From assembly GCA_002633005.1 (NCBI GenBank), contig NMRA01000136.1, positions 646,944 to 710,943 of the forward strand: a DNA stretch of 64,000 nt, read 5' to 3'. A program made the position numbers and the translations under genes. Positions within the stretch are counted from its first letter, which is position 1. Every line of letters starts with the position of its first letter. Positions 1-11,197 of this stretch are shown one piece after another. Below the pieces are notes generated by a model, which saw only the letters and a list, made by a program, of their open reading frames with translations, was not told the origin of the DNA and did not search any database. This DNA comes from Phoronis australis. Lineage: Eukaryota; Animalia; Phoronida.

Positions 1-652
1 TAATTGATTTTCTTGGGAAATCTTGGATAACATCTGTATCACTTTCAGCAACTTCAGCTTTAGTACTACTGTTGGTGCCTTGAAACGTTGCTATGCCGTT
101 CTATGTCCTTTCAATTTTCTGGTCTAACACTTGGTCTTCTAGTCTACAGCACTCAGCAGTATACTGTGTAGGCTACCAGGACATGCAGCTGTTTTCTGCA
201 CAAACGTTTGTGACACATCTTCTGCATTTTGATCTACTGATCTACAGAGTTCCACAGTCAATCATATTTCGTCAGGAAGCTTTCCTAAGCTTCTTTAGGC
301 TCTGACATCACAATTTTGTGCTGTTTGATGAACCTTGAATTATACAGGCATCACACTCCATGGGAGCAGCCATATTGAAGTAACTAAGCACAACAATACA
401 ATCTGGCTCGCTGATTGGTCAATTCAATAGAAAAGCGCCATCAAGTGGCAGGAATGTGCATCATATTTTGTGCAACAAAAACACCTTTTTTAAAAAAATG
501 TGCAAGGGTAGACGTGGGAACTTTTTGGAATTTGATTTATAGGTATATTATCTAGCCACATAGAAAAAACTAGGTTGCCCCCCCAAAGTACTCACAAGGA
601 TGAACGCTACGAGATCTGGCCCACCGTCTATAAAACCTTAACTTCGTTTCAG

Positions 653-831
653 TTCTGCTTCGACTTACGACAAGTTCGAAAAGGCCACCAGACCTGTATC
701 AAGTCGTAAGACTGGAGTTGTAAAATGGTACAACTCTCTCATGAAGACGATGACAAATTATCAACAGAGGATACACGTTGTGCTATTGTTTTACTTGATC
801 ACTTTAGCTGTGTTTATCGAGCGCTTTCAAG
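653..831 (+). CDS. Duox: Duox exon (pre-TM1/TM1)
   Basis: ttcag acceptor, gtatc donor; ...KTMTNYQQRIHVVLLFYLITLAVFIERFQ resembles DUOX ENYRRHIFCL..FY...IFAERAY. Confidence 0.8.
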
Positions 832-3800
832 GTATCTTTTAACGATGAATAATTGTTTTTTACGATCAACTATAAGCACGCCGAGCCCATACTATTTGTG
901 GTGGAAATAGAAAATGATTTCCGTTCAACCCTTTTAGTGGTGAGTCTAGGACGTCGCAGGGGGAGGGGTCAACCAAAGTCTCCCAAGGACGAGAGGAAGC
1001 GTTACTCCTGGAAACAACATGCCGGTGCTGACATACTTTTTACTCTTTTTGATCGATCCGGAAGACTACATGGCTGATACCCTCTTTTCAAAAACCCGAT
1101 TCACATAATTGTCTACATGTGCTGTTAAGAACTTTTCTTTTACTTAAGTAAAGAGTATGACCAGCAGAACTTTCCTACGATGTAAAATCTGAAATGAAAT
1201 ATTCTATTCTGAAATTACACACTGCTTTGTTTAATTTTATTCCTATGAACAATATTACAGGGTTAACATTGACTTAAGTACATCGATTTATATATCAACT
1301 TTAACTGGAAACTATTATGCCTGCTTACAGCATATGCAACCAATAGTGAACATTCGGGAATCCGCCGCTTGACCGGATATGGCGTACCAGTGACACGTGG
1401 ATCGGCGTCGGCGATGTCGTTCACCTACTCTATTGCCATGCTGTCTATGTGTAAGAACACGATCAACGCGTTCAGAAACACCCGCTTGGCGAACTACATA
1501 CCCTTCGACTCTGCACTCACGTTCCATATGATTACGGCCTACACATCGGTTTTTCTAAGTGGTACGCATTTCTTCACTAAACGAAGAGCAGTTGCAAGCA
1601 TACCTACTACACAATCTTCAAATATTACATTAAGGGTATATTTACCAATTGTGTGTATTGCAAATCTTTCTAACTTTTACACTATGTCATTAGAATAACC
1701 CAGTGCGCAATCTGATGAGATTTACAAATGGATGACTTCTGTGTTCTTTTCATGTGTTAATGGAAAACCATTTGGAGCACGTGAGTGCCTCAGTGTTACG
1801 CTTATGTGAGCTTCGGCATTAGCACAAATGTTTACAATATCCTTTACTCTCATGTTCCTATCTCATTCTGTTCTTAACTTTTTGTGCGCATTTTCACTCT
1901 AGTTGTCCATGTCATCGGCCACGTGTTTAATTTCTACCACTTGACGACACAGCCACCAGACTTTGTGGAATGCATCTTTAAGAACATGATCTGGTTTAGG
2001 TAAGCACTATACAGGTAGTTGACAATTGGAATCTAAATATCTAACTTCATTAAAAATATCCACGTTGGTGCAGATGAAGTTTTTCCCTGACCATCCTCAG
2101 GCGTTTTCCTTGCCCACTTCGGTATCTGAATCTTCGCACACAAACCAAGAGCTTCGCCTCGCAGTCACTTAAAGTGGAACTTGCAAGCTAATTCCTAATC
2201 TCCGTGATTGCTTGGTCAAATTAGTTACAAAAACAACACATAGCTACTATGTGAATATGAAGTAGGTTGAAAATTGTCAAATGTTTTTAAGAACGAGTTT
2301 TGTATCGAAAATGATTCGCCGTAAATCACTCAACCGTATCCAGTAAGTGTGACGTGGTGTTGGGCAACAACACTGCTTGATGCCGGCTATGTGAGCCCCA
2401 AAGGTACGTCATTGGTGCAAAAGTCACGTATTTGTAAAATTTCTTTTCTTCACATTTACACATTTTCAATGAAGAACATTTCACTTTGTTTAGCGTTGAT
2501 GATGTTCAAATAGCATTGGGCGTTTATTTCTTGCTATTCATTAGCATAGTTAAGAGCATGCAAATACGTCTTTAATACTCCGTTAGATGGAAATACTGAC
2601 CGGAGGAGCCCGGAAATTGGCGATTGTTGTTTCTGCATCTTAGGAGTGCATAAGTATCTTTTCATGAAATTCGACAAATGTGTTTCCATTAAGGAGACGA
2701 CAACGGCTTTCCATTTTCAGATGGTTTAAGCGCCACTTTGTGGTCATTTAAATATTTTTTGCATAAATTTTGACGTCTGTCTCTCTATCTGCCAAACGAC
2801 TCAAAGGATCATTATGGAAATTGATGACTGTATTTGCCAAGACCCTGGATGACGTTGATTTTCAGATGTTTTCGACTATTCTGGCGCTCCCTAAGAGCAG
2901 TTTTGCTTTCTTGTATCTTTGGAAGGATCCTTGCAAAATTTGTCAGATGGACTCCTGTAGAGATGATAACAGATCTTCATTTTCAGACCCGTAGGACTAT
3001 CGCTGTGCCCCTAGTGTCAATTATTTTTTAGGTTTGTCTGTACATCTTAGGAGCTCCTTGGCTAATTTTCGAGAAATTTGACAAATTGTTGTTTATTACA
3101 GAGATGGATCCACCTTCTCAATTCGAATAGATTTAACGCATTATGCGCCATCTAATGGCCATTCTTACTATACTAAAAACACCCATAGAAGCAAACCGTT
3201 TGTGGCGCAGTCGTGGACGTATTTCAACGCTCAGCGTTGCTCTTGTTATTACATGTATGTCATTGAATTTTGATTTTGTTGTTTGGTTCCAGGAGCGACT
3301 TCTTGCCTTCTTTTGCCTTCTACATATTCAAAACGGCGACAGGCTTGACTGGTTTCCTTTTAATTCTGGCCCTGTCTATTCTCGTTGCTTTCTCTACGCC
3401 CTGGGTACGCCACCGGATGTATAGTGTGTTCCTCCTAAGTCATAGACTACTCTACGTCATCTACGCCTTGATCATTCTGCACGGCAGCGCCGTCCTTGTT
3501 CAGGTAAGGTACTACTTAACGTTGCATGTATGCCTCGGCTATACATTCGTTGAATATTAATGCAAATTATACATGTGGTGCCATTACGGACAATTTGTGT
3601 TTATTTGATATTTCCGAATTTTCATCTTTATTCTAAGAGAAACAGATTGTTATGCAGCAAGTGCAGATTACCCTCAGTTCGCATTTTACCATCGATTTCA
3701 TTTTAATTCAAATGAAAAAATGTGGTGATGATACTAGTGAAGACAAACAATTATTTCTCATCAAGATCATCTCAGTCAGATCAGAATGGAAAATAACGTA

Positions 3801-6800
3801 CATGACACTCAATTTACATGTAGTTGGAGACAAGTCCTAATTGTCGAGTGACATTTATCGACTTCTCTCTTCTAACGTGAGAAAATGACTATCTCAAAAC
3901 TAAAATTAACCTATTCCTTTATGTACCTTTCTAGCAACCTTGGTTTCATTTCTTCTTTCTGGGACCGGCTACTCTGTTCACATGTGACAAACTATACGGA
4001 ATGAAGCGAAAGTTGTCCCCACTTCCAGTTTTATTCTCGGAGCACATGCCTTCAGGTAAGTTTATTTGACGTTCGCAGACAAAAATATTTGGAGGTTAAA
4101 CAGTCTTGAATGTTTCGAATAGCTAATCGCTGACATTCACTAAGTGCACTAATCGTAGATATCGAATTCATATTCAATCACGTTGTTCCCACCAAACTCA
4201 CCACTCACGACATTCCTTTTTGTGTCTTGCCTCCTGCGCAGATGTCATCGATTCTTCTGTCGTTTTAGATGTATTATACCTGAGGATCAAGCGTCCACCA
4301 TTCTTTGACTACGTCCCCGGCCAATACGCACAGGTTGCCTGTGATGAAATAAGCAGTCGCCAGTTTCACCCTTTCACGATAACCTCCTATCCAGATGAAA
4401 AGTTCCTCTCCTTCCACATTCGTTCCTTCGGACCCTGGACGACCGCCTTGTCGGAACTGATGGCGACAAACCGTCAGCCTTTGGTATGTATCTCCACTTT
4501 GTCGGAAAAGAAACAACAATGGTCAGGGTGGGGCAACAAAGCTCCGCTAATCACCACTTTCCACTTCTCCGTTGCAATAGCTACAACTGACTGCCAGCGT
4601 ACGACTTTTATTGCTGCACCGGCTAAATCCGTATAGCTTTTGCAATACAATTCCCTAGATACCTCCCGAGTTTTCCGTCGCCCATAAAGTACCATGTAGA
4701 TTCATTAATTTCACTACCTAGTGGTGCCACTTGGTTACTATTTATGTAATTGACAGTAATCGTCATGGCAGTAAATGCTGAAAGTGCGATGCCACAAACA
4801 GATTTTTACGGACGCACACGTTTTAGATGTCTTTAAAGTTACAATGCTCTTTTCCAGATGTATGTTGATGGCCCTTATGGCGGAGTGCCGGGAGCCTTTC
4901 ATAAGTATGAAGTATCGGTGATGGCCGCTGGTGGTATAGGAGTTACTGCGTTTTCGGCCATTTTGAAACAGCTTCTCAGTGACATTACCTTCAAGTCAAA
5001 ACGAGTGAAAAAGGTATGTAAACATTTCCAGTAAGCTGGTTACTACGCTCCAAACATTTTGATATACCGAAGGCTGGTTTTGTGTTCAACGAATGTTTAC
5101 ACACAGGCGCGGACTAGGGATCAAGTCAAGATGGGTTATGACAATGGACAGGTACACAGAGGGCACTTTACTTTACTCCATTACTAGGATTCAACAGTGG
5201 CATGGCACATGCTGTGAGACGGATTCTCCTATTTACCCGGTACTCCTGGAACCATGCCTACACCAGAAAGATGTCGAAAACTGAGCTTTGTCATATATCG
5301 CCTATCGTTGTTCAAGACATGGTTTTGAAATACTTACAGAGATATTTCATTGACCATTGTTTTTCCAGTTTACTTTGCAAATGGCGAGCTTATAATGATT
5401 CAAAGATTTGGAATGGAGATGTTCCTGTATATTTTCAGATTTATTTTATTTGGAGTACCTGTAAACAGTCCCATTGGGAGTGGTTTGTCGATGTTCTTCG
5501 GGAGATTGAAGAAGTGGACGTCGAGGGAGTTATTGACATACACCTGTTTATAACGAACCACTTTGAAAAATATGACCTCAGGACTCTGTTGATGGTAAGT
5601 TTAAAAACTTCATCTAGTCAGGTGATAAGTTAGCCGTACTTACGCCTTTATAGTGGGTGACGGTCTCACATCACATAACGCCTACTGTTTGCATATCGGT
5701 GCAAACAGACTACGTGTTCTTGATCTCGTTTTCCGGTATGAATATATTTGAATATAGCGTCCGGGAATATACTAAGTAACTGACCTGGATCATGGCATTC
5801 AAATAGTTGCAGGTAGGACACTGGAGCCGATGGACACGAGGTCATCTCCTTCAACTTTTGGGCATCGAATTTCATAAATTTTGTTTGGCGACCTTAATTG
5901 TCCCAGGCGTCCAACAAAAACATCGTGCTGTATGTGTGTCCGTGTTGTAAAACACTCATCTTAATTTTCAGTTTCTGAGCGAAAAGCACTTAATCAGTAT
6001 GTCAGACGGGAACTTGCTCACGGGGCTACAATCAGTGACACACTTTGGTCGGCCGGACTACTCAGCGATTCTGGATGCTATCTCATGTCAGCACCCGGAG
6101 GTTTGTTTGTAATCAGTTGTAACTCTTCAGCAGGCCTACCACAGAAAATAAAACTGTTTAAAATAAATGTAAGAAAAAGTAACTGGACTCATGTCTTTGA
6201 TCCCGTTTTCTGATTTGCTCTTTCCTAAGATTAAATCGCACTTAGCCTCAACCCCATTGGGCGTTTCCTGAAGATTGTCATAGACTTTCTTTTTCTGGAC
6301 GAATATTTTTGGAAATGTTGCCAATTTCAACCCACTTCTTCATATACTCCCATGAACCATAGGCGGATTTAGGGGGGGCAGGGGGCCCGCACCCCCCCCC
6401 TTGGCTGCCGCAAAAAAAAATAAAACAGTAAGAGCGTAGGAAAATGTTGAGTTTATTAATTAACCCCGGTAATTAAAATTATATGGATGAAAAAATATTT
6501 AAATGTGTGCAGTTTTAGTGTTTCAAGTGTCAAATTCGGAACACGGCGCATTCGTAACGGAACTATGTCTAAGTATAGGCTCTCCCGCGTTATCCCAGGC
6601 GACCGGCAGTGGCGTTGCGCACTACGACTCCGTTTCCGTCGTCTGCTCCACTGTGCAATGAAGAAAATTTACTTCATTTTTTAAAGAAAATTGAACCTGA
6701 GTGACGATGAAAAAACAGAACCTGCTGGTAAGATGTGAATCACTCAGAAACTCGCAATACTCTCTTTGTCAAACCTTATCTTAAGACGATTTCCAAAGCA

Positions 6801-8230
6801 ATCCCGTCATTATTGCTAACACGAAAAACGGGTTTGGTCTTTTGGGCAAATTTGTTAAGAATTGATGGCACAAAATATAAAACGTGTAATAAGCATTATA
6901 AAAAGAAGTAGGTCTGCGCACAAACGCTATGGACCATAAACAAGTAGGTCTCTTAGTATAAGATTAGTAGTTAAATCGTGGTGGTGTAGTGGTAACGCAC
7001 GCGCGCTCTATCCGCCAGGTCGTGAGTTCGAGTCTTTGGTACTTGCAGTCTTTCCTGTTTGACACGTTCTCCGTTGTTTTTTTTTTGCCTTTTTTCTTGA
7101 ATAATACTTCAGGAATCAAGTAAAAATGCTTGATTTTTAGAGGTAAAAACAGAAAAATTTCCTGGGCGGGAGGGGGTCAAACCCCCCTCCCGACCTCCCC
7201 CCATTCGGTGCTATGCGCATCTACAATCGTGGTTCAGTTTGCACAAATGCTTACCGCCGGACAAAATGTTGGGCCCCCCCTTGTGATATCCTAGATCCGC
7301 CACTGTTGAACCATTTAAAATTCCCTAACAAAATCACAAAGCCTGTCCACGTAAATGCCAGTAAGCAGATAGGGAAATTTTGATATTTTTGTGTTCGCGC
7401 CTGCAAAAACACCATACTCGTTCAATTCTAGCCGGGTTGTAATACCAGATCCCGTGATGCCAAAACACCATACTCGTTCACTTCTAGCCGGGTTGTAATA
7501 CCAGATACCGTGTTGCCAAAAGACCATACTCGTTCAATTCTAGCTGGGTTGTAATACCAGATCACGTGATGCCAAAACAATTACAACGCATCAACATACT
7601 GATTATTCACGGTTCATAAATTCACCAGCTAATTGACTTTTCATTTAAGAAGCTTAAAAGTATAGATTAAGTACCATGATAAGTAAAACGAGGATATTAT
7701 ATTTAACGCTTAAAGGTGAACTTGATATACATGAAAAACCTAGTTTAATCGAAATTCATTAGTGGTCAGCTATATTGCATGACCATAGCGCATGTGCTGT
7801 ATAGAAAGACAATACTTCGTTTATTGATGAGTATAGTTTCGAGGTTTTTCGCAAAGGCGTTTAACTATAAACGAGCCTTCGCCATCTTTGTAACTGACGC
7901 TCTCATTCCCTCCCTAATTTTGCTTGCTTGATTACCTTATTGTCGTAGCAATCATGGTTCTGAGAGCATGAGATCTTTACGTCATACAGCAGACCGAACA
8001 ACGGAAACTTTAAAAAACGCGATTCTCAGACGGTTAAACGACTGAACTTTTGAATCCGTAAACTCAAGATGGACAGCTGAATTGTTACTGCTCCTTTTCA
8101 GGTGACCAAATTTGGTGTCTTCGCTTGCGGCCCTTCCATTATGTCAAAAACCGTGAGGAAGGCATGTTCCCAACACAATGGACACTCGGACGCGACATTC
8201 GACTATTATGACGAAATATTCAATAAGTGA
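653..8230 (+). CDS. Duox: Dual oxidase (DUOX)-like NADPH oxidase, 3' part (10 exons; 5' part lies upstream of the window)
   Basis: Exons 653-831, 1331-1561, 1903-1999, 3293-3503, 3935-4055, 4269-4483, 4858-5013, 5439-5594, 5972-6100, 8102-8230. All have GT-AG introns, are phase-consistent and end in TGA 8228-8230. Motifs: GYGVPVTRGSASAMSF, YIPFDSALTFH, heme His pairs, HPFT (FAD), DGPYG, GGIGVT, THFGRP, GVFACGP. Confidence 0.92.
1331..1561 (+). CDS. Duox: Duox exon (TM2-TM3)
   Basis: YATNSEHSGIRRLTGYGVPVTRGSASAMSF...YIPFDSALTFHMITAYTSVFLS; AG/GT boundaries. Confidence 0.92.
1903..1999 (+). CDS. Duox: Duox exon
   Basis: VHVIGHVFNFYHLTTQPPDFVECIFKNMIWF; ctag / gtaag. Confidence 0.9.
2560..3247 (+). 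mobile_element. Degenerate HINE (Helentron-associated element) copy in a Duox intron
   Basis: 3' end gtggacgtatttcaacgctcagcgttgctcttgt nearly matches the 3' end of the 51086-52582 element; contains a related monomer (gtgcccctagtgtcaatt). 5' boundary is approximate. Confidence 0.6.
3293..3503 (+). CDS. Duox: Duox exon (TM4-TM5)
   Basis: SDFLPSFAFYIFKTATGLTG...SHRLLYVIYALIILHGSAVLVQ; ccag / gtaag. Confidence 0.92.
3935..4055 (+). CDS. Duox: Duox exon (TM6)
   Basis: QPWFHFFFLGPATLFTCDKLYGMKRKLSPLPVLFSEHMPS; ctag / gtaag. Confidence 0.9.
4269..4483 (+). CDS. Duox: Duox exon (FAD-binding)
   Basis: VLYLRIKRPPFFDYVPGQY...FHPFTITSYPDEKFLSFHIRSFGPWT. Confidence 0.92.
4858..5013 (+). CDS. Duox: Duox exon (NADPH-binding)
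   Basis: MYVDGPYGGVPGAFHKYEVSVMAAGGIGVTAFSAILKQLL...KK; ccag / gtatg. Confidence 0.92.
5439..5594 (+). CDS. Duox: Duox exon
   Basis: IYFIWSTCKQSHWEWFVDVLREIEE...HLFITNHFEKYDLRTLLM. Confidence 0.92.
5972..6100 (+). CDS. Duox: Duox exon
   Basis: FLSEKHLISMSDGNLLTGLQSVTHFGRPDYSAILDAISCQHPE. Confidence 0.9.
6358..7305. mobile_element. hAT-like non-autonomous element (MITE)
   Basis: Imperfect TIRs cataggcggatttagg / cctagatccgccactg, G/C-run subterminal blocks, flanks atgaac / ttgaac. Confidence 0.65.
6978..7040 (+). pseudogene. tRNA-derived fragment (SINE head or pseudo-tRNA) inside the MITE
   Basis: A-box-like tggtgtagtgg and B-box gttcgagtc; no convincing acceptor stem. Confidence 0.5.
7405..7580. 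repeat. 56-bp minisatellite, about 3 copies
   Basis: Unit caaaacaccatactcgttcaattctagccgggttgtaataccagatcccgtgatgc. Confidence 0.9.
8102..8230 (+). CDS. Duox: Duox terminal exon
   Basis: VTKFGVFACGPSIMSKTVRKACSQHNGHSDATFDYYDEIFNK*. Confidence 0.9.
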   Translation: MTKFGVFACGPSIMSKTVRKACSQHNGHSDATFDYYDEIFNK

Positions 8231-9019
8231 ACAGTCTTGACTGGAAAGCATGTTGCTTAATATTTTTTTCTCATGTTACACGGTTGTCTTTATTTATCAA
8301 ATATTGATTAGTGATTATTTAACCTAGACATCAGCAGTGCTACTCAACAAAATGTTATTTTATTCCATCGGTCAGGTTTATTTTGGATCTGCAGAATTGT
8401 CCAGAAAAAGCGACGGGGTACTTTTTCAACAACAGTCCTGTAGCGCAATTGAATAATCTGAAAAACGTGCAACAGTATTCTCACACTGTTGTTCGGCGTT
8501 TTTTTTCCCTGATTTTGTTGTTTTTTTATGTTTGCTTTTTCTTACCATTTTAAATTCTATTTGTGCTCTGTTAACTGCGTTGTTCTAACTCAGCTCTGCT
8601 TTGTAGGCGCCATGGTGGCGTTTTTGTATTATGCTTGTCTTGTTGAGCCTTTGTTTTGTATTCGTGTTTTGTAATACTTATTCATATAAATTTACCTTTT
8701 GTCTACTCACTTCTTGTTTTACACTTTAGCTTAGCAGAAAAGATCCCGACATTTAGTTTTATATAACTGACAAGCTCATTATCTTATAACATTGTGGAGG
8801 TTTTTCAAAAATAACAACGTAATCGAACAAACAACAAGAGCTATGGGTAATTTCCACAGCGTGTCTGTTTGTCACTTCGAAGTGTGTCCCATGGTCGGCA
8901 AATCAGTAGAGCTCTCACGACAGACTTGAAAATAATTCGCAAATGGTTAAAAAGAAATCATTAAAGACATGCACAACGATCAAGTTAAGTTGAAAATTTT
9001 GAAGGTTAAGCGCACATCA

Positions 9020-9272
9020 GTGTATTATGCAGAGACCACATTATACGCAGACTACATTGTATGCAGACCACGTAATACGCAGACTCCAATATGCACAGGC
9101 CACAATATTCCCACTCACGCTACATATACAAACACCATACTATATGCACGCTACATACCCTGACTACATTATACACAAACCACATTATACACAGGCCACA
9201 TTATATGCAGACGGCGTTATACACAGCACGTTATACGCAGACCACATCATACCCATGCTGTAGTATACGCAG
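9020..9272. repeat. Degenerate ~16-bp minisatellite
   Basis: Recurrent cacattatacgcagac variants. Confidence 0.8.
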
Positions 9273-10568
9273 AGTACGCTGGCAGGAGTCTCAAGACCAA
9301 AACAAAAGCTATGTACACTGATGTAAAATATCGACCACTTTTGGTTAGGCTTTGAGTAAGCTAAACAACCCCAAGAAGCACGCCTTTTCTAAATATTAAG
9401 GTATTCGTGCTCAGTCGAAGGAAGGCTTGCGTGAGTTTTGTGATCGCTTTACACCAGTACGTTTTGTCTTGAGATGTAAGTGCAGGTCAAAACTTTCAGT
9501 CGCAAAGTCGAACTTTTCAGAAACTCCTCACTCATTCAGACTATGAGATCTCTTCTCTAATCAAACTGGATGTTTCGTATTGCTTTTCAACATTTCATTC
9601 ACTGGTGTCTCAGACCACGGTTTCTTGCTCTAGGAAGCACAATTAGTAGGTGTCGCTATTTTAAGCAGCCTCCAAAGACTGTTTGCAACCTTAAATTTCA
9701 GACCTTACAGCTTCCAGGACACAATTAAGCCTCAAATCTATGGAAATCCTCGTTTTAAGCCTGGAAACAAAAAAATACGCAAGGTGGGGGGACATACTCT
9801 TCCCATTCGTCGACTCCGTGCACAAATACATCTCCGTCTTAGTTGAGCCTCAGCAGTACAATTTCAGTATCCCGACCCAATGTCCCTGTTTGCGCAATTA
9901 ACGCTTTCGCCGGCTGACAACGGGCGTGGTTGTAAAAAACATAAGGTCATCGTGTCATCATGATCACTTAGCACCGCTCCCAACCATACATCGTCCCTGA
10001 TCTTTGCCCCCTTCGACTTGCTGCCTGTGTTTTATGATTTTTACAATTTGATAGGCCGTCCTATTAACTGCTGCATATACCTAAAAGGGCCTGTTACAAC
10101 ATAAATGGGAGTAAAATACATTTATGATCGACATATGTCCCGGATAATAGATAAATGATACGTGCGTCGCAAGCTCGTTACCAGAGATGAAAGGAGACTG
10201 ATGTAGGCGATATAAGGTCATTTATTATGACTAGTACAATTACAATAAAATGAATACAGGTAAATAAGTATAATAGGTAATCTCTGGTAAGATGGGCAAT
10301 AAAAAGCGCCGGCCACGTGGAAGTACGAGAGAATGACGAAAACTGGGAGGAAGAGGGTGGGAAAATTGAATGAGTTTTTGACGTACAACAATGTGGCCGG
10401 AACAAAGTGAACTGAAAGCGAGGTTACAATAACAAAGTAAAACGCCCCTAAAGACACGTGACAATCATCAGCCTATAAGAGCCAAGAGCTGACCAAACTC
10501 GAGGCACGTGATAACAACAGACCAATGCGAAGGCTGGAAAAACGTCGTGTAGTCCTGCACGAGGGAAT

Positions 10569-10949
10569 NNNNNNNNNNNNNNNNNNNNNNNNNNNNNNNN
10601 NNNNNNNNNNNNNNNNNNNNNNNNNNNNNNNNNNNNNNNNNNNNNNNNNNNNNNNNNNNNNNNNNNNNNNNNNNNNNNNNNNNNNNNNNNNNNNNNNNNN
10701 NNNNNNNNNNNNNNNNNNNNNNNNNNNNNNNNNNNNNNNNNNNNNNNNNNNNNNNNNNNNNNNNNNNNNNNNNNNNNNNNNNNNNNNNNNNNNNNNNNNN
10801 NNNNNNNNNNNNNNNNNNNNNNNNNNNNNNNNNNNNNNNNNNNNNNNNNNNNNNNNNNNNNNNNNNNNNNNNNNNNNNNNNNNNNNNNNNNNNNNNNNNN
10901 NNNNNNNNNNNNNNNNNNNNNNNNNNNNNNNNNNNNNNNNNNNNNNNNN
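10569..10949. other. Assembly gap (381 N)
   Basis: Run of N. Confidence 1.
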
Positions 10950-11004
10950 AAATATATTTAATCTCGCACCCATTACACAGCTGTCAACGCTGAAGTTGAC
11001 ATTT

Positions 11005-11197
11005 TGTCCGTTGACCGTGTTTGGCGGTCCGTTAACCGTGTTTCCTCGTGAATATGAGTCCGTGTCCCGTGTATTTGGGTGCGTGGATCGTGTTTTGTGA
11101 GTCCGTTCCCGTGTTTGTGAGTCAGTGGACGGTGTTTGCCGGTCCGTGAGTCGTGTTCATGCGTCCGTTCCCGTGTTTTTGAGTCCGTTGACCGTGT
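11005..11197. repeat. Degenerate ~20-bp tandem repeat
   Basis: Recurrent gtccgtt(g/c)(a/c)ccgtgtttgtga variants next to the gap. Confidence 0.7.

Noticed and set aside
6978-7040. Functional tRNA gene (also considered at 60745-60830)
   Set aside because: Only A/B boxes are recognisable and the cloverleaf is incomplete, so they are treated as SINE or pseudo-tRNA.
7405-7580. Regular repeats here and at 29898-30082 and 44082-44357 considered as CRISPR arrays
   Set aside because: Contiguous tandem units with no unique spacers, no cas genes, and a eukaryotic intron context.
10473-11100. 166- and 191-aa ORFs
   Set aside because: Artefacts of reading through the N gap.
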